From Octopus sinensis (taxonomy: Eukaryota), in assembly GCF_006345805.1 (NCBI RefSeq), contig NC_043014.1:23436001-23500000 (forward strand): a stretch of DNA of 64,000 nt. Reading direction: 5' to 3'. The first letter of the stretch is position 1. Each line of letters starts with the position of its first letter. Below are positions 31,111 to 44,100 of the stretch, piece after piece. The notes beneath the pieces are model-generated. The model was not told where the DNA came from. It did no database searches and saw only the letters and a program-made list of their open reading frames with translations. A program made the position numbers and the translations under genes.

Positions 31111-31992
31111 AAAATTATATAAAAAAGGCAAAACTAAAAAAAAAGAAAAAAAGAAACGAGAAATTTGTGATTCTTTCCTCATACAGAGAAATATATAATT
31201 TGATAGCATTTTGTTAATTTATGTACACAATTCAAAAATTGTCTTCAGAAGCTGAATCTTTGAGTAATAGAATGGAATGAAAAGAGTAATTGCATATGCC
31301 CTTGAGGATATATATATATATATTAACATCACCATTGTTGTCATTGTTTTAATGTCCACTTTTCCATGCTCAAGTGGATCAGACAGAATTTATTGTGTCA
31401 GATTTTCCATTCGCCTCTTCTGTCACCAAACTGCACCTGTTTCCAAGCAAGGTAAAATTCCCCCATGACATTCATGGAAGATTGGAAATGGAAAACACTT
31501 CTTGCATGATAGTGACACGTTTTTACAACTATCATGCAAAGTCAAAGCAAAAAGACAGTAACAAACACATGCATGCATATGTACATGCATATATATATAA
31601 TGTGTGTGTGTGTGTATGTGTGTATATCTTTTATCTTTTACTTGTTTCAGTCATTAGATTGTGGTCATTCTGAAGTACCAGCTTGAAGTTGTTCATTTAG
31701 TTAAATGAATCAACTTAAATAATTATCTTTATAGCCTTATTCTCACTTATGGGTACATAAACAAACCAACACCAGTTGTCAAGTGGTGGTGAGGTACAAA
31801 AACACACAGACACATGCATATTTATATATAATGGGTTTCTTTCAGTTTCTGTCTACCAAATCCACTCACAAAGCTTTGGTCAGCCTAAGGCTATAGTAGA
31901 AGATACTTGCCAAAGATATCATATACACATAGATACACATGCATATGTATACATACATTCATACATATATATATGTGTGTGTGTGTGTGTGT

Positions 31993-32620
31993 ATAGCTAA
32001 AGGAGAACGACCTCCACATAAACCAAAAAAAAGGTATAAGGACTTGCTGAAGGCTTCCTTAAGAGATGCTTGCATCTCTCCTGACACATGGGAGGGCATA
32101 GCTATTGATTGTAGCAGGTGGAGAAGGATTGTGCACGAGGGGACAACTACTTTTGAGAAATCTCGAGTTGCACATGAGAAAGTAAGGAGGAATATCAGGA
32201 AGGGAATCGCTGTTACACTTCCAGAAGGGAAGGGTCTTCCTTTTGATTCTGACATGCAATATCTGTGCAAGACCCTGCCATGGTAAAGCTGGACTCATGA
32301 GTCATCTTCGTAGTCATAAAACAAGACAGATGAGTGACAACCTGGCCACTGGTGGTGGTGTAACACACCATACTAATCATATCTGTTGGGCATGTGGAAG
32401 AGAGTGTAATTCGGCAGGAGGACTTAAACGACATACAAAGGTACATAAAGCCCAGTTACAACTACAGCCGGCTATTGCCGGTAAAGGTTTTAGCTGCCAA
32501 TTCTGTACAAGACATTGTAGTTCTTTAGCTGGGCTAAAAAGTCACATTCGATCACAGCACCAATAACAGTTGAGCTTCGTGCAATGGCTATACTCAATAA
32601 CGAGGGGTCAGCCATCATCA
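31993..32620 (+). mobile_element. RTE (BovB-like) retrotransposon 3' end with three C2H2-type fingers
   Basis: GERPPHKPKKRYKDLLKASL...WEGIAIDCSRWRRIVHEGTTTFE; after one frameshift CNIC..SHLRSH, CWAC..RHTKVH, CQFC..SHIRSQH; short (CAT)n tail. Confidence 0.8.
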
Positions 32621-32631
32621 TATATATATAT

Positions 32632-33415
32632 CATATATGGGTACAGAATATTGCTAATGATGCAAATAACATGAAATACATAAACAAACGAAGGAAAAGT
32701 GAGTGAAATACATAAACAATGAGAAAAAAATGGAGAACAGGACAAGTAAACACATAGAAAGAACGCTTCATCAGTTGTTGGCTGTCTATCTACTCCTCAT
32801 TTCGAGCATTCAACGACAATATGAGTCTTCAAAGACAGTTGTTCGCACATATTCTAAAATAAAATTTAGGATTTAAGGAGGGTCAAAGTTGGGAACAAAA
32901 AAATAACAGTGGAGACATACAAGGAAACCAAATGAAAGCAAACATGGCGGGTTGTTGGACCAGAACGAGAGAAAAATAGTGAACACTGGGAGAAACATTT
33001 TTTTTTTGAAAAGAGAAAAAGACACATCAACTCAGACGTTTAAAAGAGTGGATGTGTTTTTCTCTCTCTCTTTTCAAAACAAATGTTTCCCCCAGTGTTC
33101 ACTATTTTCCCTTCATTCTGGTCTAACAACCCTCCATGTTTGTTTTCATTTGGTTTCTTTGTATGTCTCCACTGTCAATTTTTTGTTCCCAACTTTGACC
33201 CTCCATAAATCCCAAATTTTATTTTAGAATATGTGGGAGCAACTGTCTTTGAAGACTCATTGTCGTTGAATGCTCAGAATGAGGAGTAGATAGACAGCCA
33301 ACAACTGATGAAGGGTCCTTTCTATGTGTTTACTTGTCCTGTTCTCCAATTCTTTCTCAATGTTTATGCATTTCATGCTGTTTTCACTGTTGGTGACGTC
33401 CTGTACCCATATATG
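32632..33415. repeat. Long foldback (about 390-bp arms, ~22-nt spacer)
   Basis: 32632-33028 is the reverse complement of 33051-33415, e.g. CTTCATCAGTTGTTGGCTGTCTATCTACTCCTCATT vs AATGAGGAGTAGATAGACAGCCAACAACTGATGAAG. Confidence 0.92.
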
Positions 33416-33540
33416 CTTGTATATATATTATTTAATTGAACAAAACGCATCCATTTCCAACTAAATACACACACACACACACATATATAATGAGTGTGTG
33501 TGTGTGTATATATATGTATGGATGTGTATGTATATATTTT

Positions 33541-33571
<31 letters not shown>

Positions 33572-34271
33572 GGGTCTTTGAAATATTTGAAAACGGGTCC
33601 AATGAACATATTCTATATTTTATGAAGGGCAATTTTTCTTTATAATGAGTTATTGAAACTTGGTTTAAATGTCTGCATCTGCATTCCATTAGAAAATTGA
33701 GCACACACATACACACACACATTCATTATAATTTGTAAACATCTAATTATTACAGTGGGAAAATTATCAGAAAAGCCATTCTTATTCATTTCAATGGATG
33801 GAGAGGCAGATTTGACTACTGTAGTTGTTCATTGCTGCAATTCAACTAATCTATGAATACTCTGTTTAAACACCACTTATATAACACCAAATCATGAATT
33901 GAAGCAGCTTTTATATGGCCACTTGGCTTGCTTGATAAAAACAGCAAAGCCAAATCTTCTTCAAATCATATTCAGCCTGTCCTAGGAATGGGCAAGGAGA
34001 AATACATTAGAATGAATAGGCCTAACTATACAAGAAAAGAGATGATTGTCATGGTTGGAGATATCTTTGATCAGAGCTGATAAGTTGTTGAAATACTAAT
34101 AATGAAACGTTATACTTGATTTAAGATAGATGAATTATGTATAAATTGTGATATAAGTGGGCTGTGAGAGGAGATTACATTATAAGATTAATAAATTCAA
34201 GTTGGTGCTTCTTGCTATGTGAAGATAAAAACTTATATATGTGTATGCATATATATGCGTGTGTGTGTGTG

Positions 34272-35641
34272 TATTGGGTCATACCATAAATAATGCAATT
34301 TTTTCAATTACATGAACTAAAAATTAGAGAGGGACAAGATGAACTACCTGCATCAACTTGCTATAAAAGCAGGTAGTAATTTTGCCTTGTCCATATTCTT
34401 AGTGCGAGTTTTGAAGAGTTCAGTTCAATTTTAACAGTTATTTTTTTCATTTATGAATTCAATAAAGATAATGCAATGGAAAACGTGAGGAATATTAATG
34501 CAGTATATGGGGATCAGACAATAAGCGTAAGTGTCAATGGTGTTTCCAGAAATTCTGAGCCAGAAACTACAGCCTAAAAGATTAGCCTTGTCCTGAAAGA
34601 ACTGTAGAGCTTGATGAGGACATGCTGCAAACCCTGGTGGAACAAAATCCCATCGTAACTGTTGAGGAACTAGCAGATAAGCTTGGATTTGGTTATTCAA
34701 CCATTCATCAACATTTGTGTCATTGGAAAAGTCAGAAAATTGGGTCAATGGGTTCCTCACAAAGTTTCCAAGTCTGATCATGTGCAGAGAGTGAACGTGT
34801 GCCCTTCCTTGCTACTATGTCTCATGAATGAACCTTTTTTTGGACTAAATAGTGAATGGTGACGAGAAATGGGTTCTCTATAAAAATGTCAAGCGCCAAA
34901 GACAGTGAGTAGGGAATGGAGAAACACCAGCACCCCAGGCTAAAGAAGGTCTTCATCCATGTAAGGTGTTGTTATCTGTTTGGTAGGATATGAAAGGTTT
35001 AGACCACTTTGAACTTTTAAACCCAAACCAAATGATAACAAAGGATATCTGTTGCGAGCAGCTTGAGTGGCTTAAGTCAATGCTAGAAGAAAAACAACTG
35101 TCTTTGGTTTCGAGACAAAAGGTGTTATTCCATCAGGATAATGCTCGGCCACATACAGTGCCGATAACATTCCAAAGGCTGGAGCAATTTGAATGGGAAA
35201 TGATGCCCCACCCACCATATTCCCTGGACATTGCCCCGTCTGATTATCATTTATTCCGCAGTCAAAAATCATTTGGTCAGAAAAAATATGAATTTTGTAG
35301 ATGAGGTCAGAACAGTACTGAGGAGTATTTTTTCTCACAGACAAGTGACTTTTGGAAGAGAGACCTTGCAAGTCTACCAGAAAGATGGAAGAGTATTGAA
35401 CTAAATGAAGGAGAGTATATTTTAGAGAGAGACCTTGCAAGTCTACCAGAAAGATGGAAGAGTATTGAACTAAATGAAGGAGAGTATATTTTAGAGAGAG
35501 ACCTTGCAAGTCTACCAGAAAGATGGAAGAGTATTGAACTAAATGAAGGAGAGTATATTTTAGATTAAAAAAGAATTTGTTTATCTTAATTTTGAAAAAT
35601 AAAAGTATTAAAAAATGCATTATTTATGGAACGTCCCAATA
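34272..35641 (+). mobile_element. Mariner transposon, full length, decayed, with internal 69-bp triplication
   Basis: TA-flanked TIRs TTGGGTCATACCATAAATAATGC / GCATTATTTATGGAACGTCCCAA; GQWVPHK, GDEKWV, HQDNARPH, HPPYSLDIAPSDYHLF motifs. Confidence 0.92.
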
Positions 35642-36139
35642 TATATATATATATATATACACACACCCACATACACATAAGTGTATGTGTAAATATATAT
35701 GTTTGTACATATGTATCTTTTATCTTTTTATTTTGAATTGGGCTGCGGGCATGCCGGAGCACCACCACTTTCAAGAGTTTAGTCGAACAAATCAACACCA
35801 GTACTTATATTTCCTTCTAAATTTGATATTGTCCTGGCAGTCTGTTTTGCCAAATGCTAAGTTAGCGGAATGAAAACAAACCAGCATCAATTATCAATTG
35901 GTGCTGGCGGACAAACACAAAGACACATACACACACACACTCACACTGAGCTTCTTTCAGTTTCCCACTACCGAATCCACACAAGGTTTTGATCCCAGTA
36001 CTATAGCAGAAGATATCCGCCTAAAGTGCAACCTGGAACTGTGGTTGTGAAGCAAATTCATATCACACAGCCATGTGTATGTATGTATTCAATGTGTGTG
36101 TATATACACATGTGTATTTGTGTATGTACATGTGTGTGT

Positions 36140-36147
36140 GTGTATGT

Positions 36148-36183
<36 letters not shown>

Positions 36184-36184
36184 G

Positions 36185-36269
<85 letters not shown>

Positions 36270-36301
36270 TGTAATATATATAATATATGTATATATATAT
36301 G

Positions 36302-36353
<52 letters not shown>

Positions 36354-36357
36354 TATG

Positions 36358-36412
<55 letters not shown>

Positions 36413-36511
36413 TTATATATATATATATATGTATATCTATATATATGTATATATTATGTATATATATATTATATATGTATATATGTATATATCTATATAT
36501 GTATATATATA

Positions 36512-36553
<42 letters not shown>

Positions 36554-36642
36554 TATATATATATATATCTATATGTATATATATATATATATGTATATAT
36601 AATATATGTGTATATATATATATATATGAGTATATATATATG

Positions 36643-36675
<33 letters not shown>

Positions 36676-36716
36676 GTGTATATATATATATATATGTGTA
36701 TATATATATATATGTG

Positions 36717-36755
<39 letters not shown>

Positions 36756-36946
36756 GTATATATATAATATATATGTATATATAGATATATATATGTATAT
36801 ATTATATATATATGTATATATATATATGTATATATTATATATATATATATTATTATATATATATGTATAGATATATATATATACATGTATATATTATATA
36901 TATATATGTATATATATGTATATATATATATATGTATATATATATG

Positions 36947-37001
<55 letters not shown>

Positions 37002-37131
37002 AATATATATATATATATGTATATATGTATATATATATATGTATATAATATATATGTAATATTATATATATATTATAATATATATATATGTATGTATATA
37101 TATATATGTAATATTATATATATATATATTG

Positions 37132-37166
<35 letters not shown>

Positions 37167-37341
37167 GGATATATATATATATATGTTATATATATGTATA
37201 TATAGATATATGTATATATATATTATATATATGTATATGTATATATATATATTGTATATATATATATATATGTATATATATGTATATATATGTATATATA
37301 TGTATATATATATATATATATGTATAATATGTATATATATG

Positions 37342-37374
<33 letters not shown>

Positions 37375-37614
37375 GTATATATATGTATATATATATATGT
37401 ATATATATGTATTATATATGTATATATATATATGTATATATATGTATATATATATATGTATATATATGTATATATATATATATATATAATATTATATATA
37501 TATATATGTATATATATGTATATTATATATGTATATATATGTATATATGTATTATATATATATATGTATATATATGTATATATGTATATATATATATGTA
37601 TATATATATATAGG

Positions 37615-37647
<33 letters not shown>

Positions 37648-37822
37648 GTATATATATGTATATATGTATATATATATGTATATATATATATATGTATATA
37701 TATGTATATATATATATGTATATATATATATATGTATATATGTATATGTATATATATATATATGTTATATATGTATATATATATATATTGTATATATATG
37801 TATATTATATATATGTATATAT

Positions 37823-37856
<34 letters not shown>

Positions 37857-38025
37857 GATATATGTATATATATATATATTATTATATATATATGTATATA
37901 TATATCTGTATATATATATATCTATGTATATATATATATATGTATATATTGTATATATATATATATATGTAATATATATATGTATATATATTATATATGT
38001 ATATATATATATATGTATATATATG

Positions 38026-38056
<31 letters not shown>

Positions 38057-38072
38057 GTATATATAATATATA

Positions 38073-38115
<43 letters not shown>

Positions 38116-38340
38116 GTATATATATGTTATATATGTATATATATATATGTTATATATATGTATATGTATATATATGTATATATATATATGTAATATATAT
38201 ATGTATATATATATATATTATATATATAATATGTATATTATATATATGTATATATATATGTATATATATATGTATATATATATATTATGTATATATATAT
38301 GTATGTATATATATATATGTATATATATATATATAAATAT
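36140..38340. repeat. ~2.2-kb interrupted (TA)n microsatellite
   Basis: Seen directly; all Y/I/M/C-rich ORFs in the track here are artefacts. Confidence 0.98.
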
Positions 38341-40499
38341 CAGATAAAAGGGAATTTATAAGTCCGAGGTGTATCCTCAGTCAATCCTTCAGCTTACAGA
38401 GTATATAGAAGTGGACGGTTTTTCTGAAAGGAAAGCATTCACACAACCTGAATTCCAAGATTAATTAAATACTTGCAGAATATAATAGAGTAAGTCCAAG
38501 AATGGTATTATATTTATTTTCTTACAGTGTTTTCAACAATATATGGTTCACATACATCATTAATGTAAATATGAATGATTGAATAATATTACAACTTAGT
38601 GTAAGTGATCCATTTCATCTCATCAGACAAAGGTCAAAAACACGTAATTTACCCTTGGAAAATTGATATACATTGTTGTTTGTTAAGATCACAGAATTTA
38701 TTTTTTGCTTGTTTCAGTCATTAGACACCGCTTTGAAGAATTTTTTTTTTTAATGAATCAACCCCAGAACTTTATTTTTTTCGTTTAGGCCTGGTACTTA
38801 TTCTATCAATCTTTTACCAAACTGCTCAGTTATGGGGACATAATCACATCAACAGCAGTGGTAGGGGAAAGACACAAACACACACACAATACAAGAGGCT
38901 TCTTTCAGTTTCTGTCTATTAAATCCACTTGGAAGGCTTTGATCAGCCCAAGGGTACAATAGAAGATGCCATGTAGTAGGACTGAAACTAGAACCATATT
39001 ACTGGGAAGCACGCTTCTTACCACACAGCCACACCTACAACTGTGTATATATCTAAAAAACTAAAGGAGTAATTACTTTTCAAAATAACATGTTTCTATT
39101 GGATGCAAATGACTGATCAATAATATGGAAAGAATATGTAAACATTTATGTGAGTCAAATGAAATTAACTGACAGTATAAATAGTCTATACTTGCAAAAA
39201 CACACATATAAGTATTATTACAAGATATGTAGTATAAGAAGGTCTTTATCAGAAATAAGATGTTGTAAATGATCAAAATATAAATTTAAATGGAAATAAT
39301 AATTAAAACTTAAAATCAAAATAAGAGCAAATGAGTGTGATGAAAAAATAAATAAATGAAAGAATGAATAACTTTAAAATAAACTTGCTATAAGAGTGTG
39401 GAGGAATTTTGCAACTATTGACAATAATATAAGAGAAAGAAAAGAGATATATGTAGACGATAAGAATAAAGGGAAGAATGAAAAAAAATTGTAGTGTGGT
39501 AAAGCATCTGAAATGAGGAGATACACATAACCGTCACTTAGCGGTTCGGCAAAAGAGACCGATAGAATAAGTACTGGGCTTACAAAGAATAAGTCCCGGG
39601 GTCGATTTGCTCAACTAAAGGCGGTGCTCCAGCATGGTCGCAGTCAAATGACAGAAACAAGTAAAAGAGTATATATGTGGAAAATATGTAACATCATAAG
39701 AGAGAGGTGATTGCAACTAGAAAGGAATAATAGTACAGGAAATTAGACAGCCAGCAGTCACAGGCATAATTTATATAATAATTATCATCATTGAGTTTCA
39801 TGCTTGCATGAGTCAGATAGAATTTTGTTGGGGTAAATTTTCTATGGCCAGATGCTCTCCTTGTTGCCAACCTTCCTCTGCAATATTTCCCCATGACCAG
39901 ACATGGAAGATTGGAAGGAAAGTACATTGCTTGCATGGCAGTGATACTTGTTTATGATGTGATGTCAATGCAAGGACACAGTAACCCACACACACACACA
40001 CGTGTGTGTGTGTGTGTGATAATCTGTATAAGTATGGGTTTATAAAATGTGCATGATGAGATATCCTTAAAATAAAAATTAATAAAAGCTGGTTTATATT
40101 GAAAAAAATGTATATATCTATGAGTGTATACAGAGTGTGCATGCATATATATGTTAAACACACAGGCAGTAAAAAGGAGATCATAACAAGATGAGGTAGT
40201 TTGAATTTTAAACTATACTTAGGTATAGCTAAAAAATATTTATGTGCATGAATGTTTACATACAAGCAAACATTGTATGCGTGTGTATCATCCAACATGC
40301 CTTTTTCCATGCTGACATGGGTCGGACAGTTTGATACGATCCCCTGAGCTCCAGGGCCAGATCAATTTCCAGTGTCAGCTTAGACATAGTTTCTGTTGCT
40401 GGATGCCCTTCCTAACACCAACCACTTTACAGGGTGTACCGGGTGCTCTTTTTCTAGCCACCCTCACTAGTGAGATTGCCAAGTAACTTCTCAGATGAG

Positions 40500-41000
40500 A
40501 AAAGAATGGGAAAAAGAAAAGAAACCCTCTTGACTAATTGGGTAAGGAAGAATTTAAAAGAGGCCAGTGGTTTTATGCTAGGTTTTGAAATGCTAAAGTA
40601 TGATAGAGGGACAAGTACAGGTGTCTTGCAATACAAGAGATACATGGCTGCACTACATTACATAAGACGGGGAGAGGGTATAGTTTCATAACAGTGTGAG
40701 GGGAGAGTAATAGATGGATAGAGGTGGGGCTAGTGGTCAATGTAGTGAGGGATAAGCAAGGGTCGAGATGCATTTGTTAGGAAATTCCAATGTGAAGATG
40801 AAGTTGAAAGAAATATGTGGCTCAGGAATCAAGGTAGATCAGAAGGGAGAGCAATGAGATGCAAAGTATTGGAACTGTGGAGAGGGAGATGTAGAGGCTA
40901 TTATAGATGGTGTTGTGATGGCAGATATGAGAGGTGTTTTGATAGTGAATAGCAGAGGAGAGTGCTTCACTGAAAATAGTCTTGAAAGGGATAATGATCC
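40500..41000 (-). mobile_element. Possible highly degraded CR1/Jockey-group LINE 3' fragment
   Basis: Only a weak resemblance of minus translations to CR1-type C-termini; no intact motif. Confidence 0.25.
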
Positions 41001-41399
41001 TTTCTACTGAAGGCACAAGGCCTGAAATTTGTGAGGCAGGGACTAGTCAATTACATCAATTCCAGTCATTCACAGGTACTTAATTTATCAACCCCGAAGG
41101 ATGAAAGGCAAAGTCAGCCACAGCAGAATTTGAACTCAGAATGTGAAGACAGACAAAAAATGCTGCTAAGCATTTTGCCTGGCAAACTAATGATTCTGCA
41201 AGCTCGTTGCCTTCTAGGAAGGGATAATAATGCAAATGAGAAGTAGAAGTTCCAGGATTTGGGAATGTAACTGGAAGTGCAAGCCAAGTAGTGCCAAAGT
41301 TAGAGGAGTGATGGGTGTTAGGGGATGAAAGTAGGAAATACAAGCATAACCAGGGTGGTTTTAAGACATCATTTTTGGTGGGAATGTATGGGTCTTGTG

Positions 41400-44100
41400 C
41401 ACAGTGAATTGCCAATCTACTCTGTTCTTTGTAATCTTCCCATAAGGCTCTGCTCTTGAGATCAGCTTTCACTACTTCATCCCATGTCTTCCTAGGTCTC
41501 CTCTCTTCCACAAGTTCTATCCACTTTATGTGTGACACTTATTTACACAACTGTCTTCATCCATACACATCACATGACCAAACCACTGCAATATTCCCTC
41601 TTGCACACTACATCTGATTCTTCTTATGACCACTTTTTCTCTCAATACATTTGCACTTTGTTGCATAGGCACGCTCATATTGAACATCCAACAAAGCATA
41701 CTAGTTTCATTTCTCTCTAGTCTTCCCATATCCTCTGCATTCAGGACTCATATCTTACTACTCAGTAGTGCTGCTGTTCATACACAAGCATCAAACAATC
41801 TGCCTTTAACTCTGAGAGAGAGACCTCTTGTTGCCAACAGAGGTAATAGCTCTCTGAACTATTCTTATTCTAGTAACTATACTTTCAGAATATCCTCCTC
41901 CACTGTTAATTATGTTACCTAGGTAATAGAAACTATTCACTACCTCTAGGGGGCCTGCAGGGCATTTGAAAAAAATTTGTTTCTCTATTATCTTTCATGT
42001 TTATGGCTTCCATGTATCTTCTGCATACAAACACTACTTTCTCTATTAACCTTCCTATTATTCCACTACACTTTTTATGTGTCCATAGCTTGCACTGGGC
42101 ATACCATTTGAAATTTCTTCCTACACCTTTACCACATAGCAAGCTGAACCATTTACTTGAAGGGAGTGATGTCCTCTTCATTTTTCTGCTTACTAGAACT
42201 TCAGATTTGCTAAGTTAATTTTAAGGCACTTTGATTCCACACCTGGAATTTCTTTTTTAATCCTGTTTCTAATACTGCTTTGAAAAGGAAATCATCAGCA
42301 TATAGTTATTTTCAAAAGCAGCTGTACTTCAAATTCCTCTGTAGTAGCCCCTCCTGAGAATTAGGTACTGGTGAACTCCAACCTCTATTCTAAATCCTTT
42401 GATTTTACTCATGGCTAATTCTCATCTTACTGATAGCACCTCTGTATATTACTTGTATAGCTTTCACAAGCCATTTGTCTATCCCTTGCTTCCTCAGAGA
42501 CTGCCATATTACAGAGTGAGGAACTCTGTTGAAGGTTATCTCCAGGTCAACAAATGCCAAGTGCAATGGTTTATTTTTAGCTAAATACTTCTGCTTTTGT
42601 CATACTAAGATGGCATCAGTAATACTTCTCAACAGAAAACCAAACTGCATCTTATCTAGTCTAATTCTGTTCCTAATTCTCATCTGGTCTAATTCTATTT
42701 CTAATTAATTGGGTTATAACTCTCTCCATAGCTTTCATGACCTACTCCAGCAATTTGTAACCTCTTGCTCACAGCATCTTGATTTTTCTCTGGTACACTG
42801 CCTTACAATCCAGAATACTTCATGCCACTAAGCCTCATGCTGCAGAACATTACCATATCTCCTTTCTGCAATGTAAACTTGTCATCTAGCTGTTTTTTCT
42901 AGCTACCTGGTATATTTCTCTGCTACCCCCATTCTTTCAATCCTGTCTCTGCATTTAGTTCTGTCTATCTTGCAGTTCTGCTACCATGTCACCCTTCGTC
43001 TGACCAGGACTTTGCACCAGCTACTAGGTTTATAGCTCTCAGTAGGTTGTCTCATAGGAACTTCCATTTGTTCTCTATGCTATACATCTCTAGTTCTTCC
43101 TTTTCATCAAAAGCTTCCTCTGGGACAGGTATCACCAAACTATGGCCCACAAGGTCAGTTCATCCAGCTCTCTGTACCTTTTGTGTAAGTACTTGCAATG
43201 AGAGTTCATTTGCTTCTAGTATGGCATCAGCATTTGGAACAACTGATGTCTGTGAGCAAACATTTTCAATAATGAAGTATGTGAAGTCAGCACATCGAAC
43301 AAGGTTGGCTGATGAACATTTGAAAGCAATTCTCTTGGTTGGATGCAGCAATTCCAAAGCAAATATTGATGATATCTTCAAAGCTAAACACCAGTTTCAC
43401 AAATCTCACTAACCTTTTTTGCTGCTTAGTTTGTGAGATTCAGATAATGTTGGTTATCTTTATTCTTTGTGTATTCATTGTATTGTATTGAACTAAAAGG
43501 TTATGCAGTCTGCACTCATTCTCTCAATTATCTGACCCACCATATAAAAAGTTTGGTGTCACCCCTGCTCTAGGATATCTCTAAATTTCTGGCTGTTTGA
43601 AGGGTCTTTGAGTTTCCATATCTTTCTTTTCCAGACTGGTTTATTTTACTGAATCCTTCTAGTCTTATGTCACTCACTTATATTGTTGTACATTCCTTGC
43701 TTGGGAGAGACTTTGCATTTACAAGCATCTGTCTGTCCCATATTCAGAGGAGTCAATCTGGTTTGTGTGCCCACCAGATCAGGTGGTTGGCAGGTTTCCT
43801 GAAGTTAGCCTTGCTCCCTCTTCATTTCTAAAACCAAAACTGTAACCCTCATGCATACCATGAAATCCATTTGTGGTGTCTGTGTGTTTTCTAATGTATT
43901 TAACAAGGTGTGTGTTGTTGGTGTCAATGGCTGTGAGGTGTGTGTTTTGCATAGCCCAACATGTCCATTGAAGTCACCAGCCATAAACAAATTTCTGTCA
44001 TTTGTCATTGAGGCAGTCTTCAAAAGGACTAAAAATGGCTCTTCTGTTCATCTGCCAACCCATATTATGGAGCATATATAGAGATAAATGTAACTTCTGA
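41400..44100 (-). mobile_element. Fragmented RTE retrotransposon interrupted by other insertions
   Basis: Minus translations: APE LFMAGDFNGHVG and GFHGMHEGYSFGFRNEEGARL (43800-44020); RT C-terminal LERNETSMLCWM...LQWFGHVM (41526-41729) and RPRKTWDEVVKADL. Confidence 0.8.
43175..43570 (+). mobile_element. hAT (SPIN/Charlie-like) transposon 3' fragment
   Basis: AFGTTDVCEQTFSIMKYVKSAHRTRLADEHLKAIL (hAT dimerisation domain) followed by terminal AAAAAGTTTGGTGTCACCCCTG and target-like CTCTAG. Confidence 0.8.

Noticed and set aside
33290-33330. CTGATGAAG in both arms of the long hairpin as a hammerhead
   Set aside because: No helix II followed by GAAA in either linear or permuted order.
36075-38347. 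Long Y/I/M/C-rich ORFs up to 242 aa
   Set aside because: Translations of the (TA)n microsatellite; the same applies to ORFs over (CA)n, (CT)n and (ATT)n runs.
38398-38423. Minus-strand 26-nt exon-like block with strong splice sites (ctttcctttcag ... gtaagc)
   Set aside because: Not a multiple of three and no partner exons of a minus-strand gene could be assembled.
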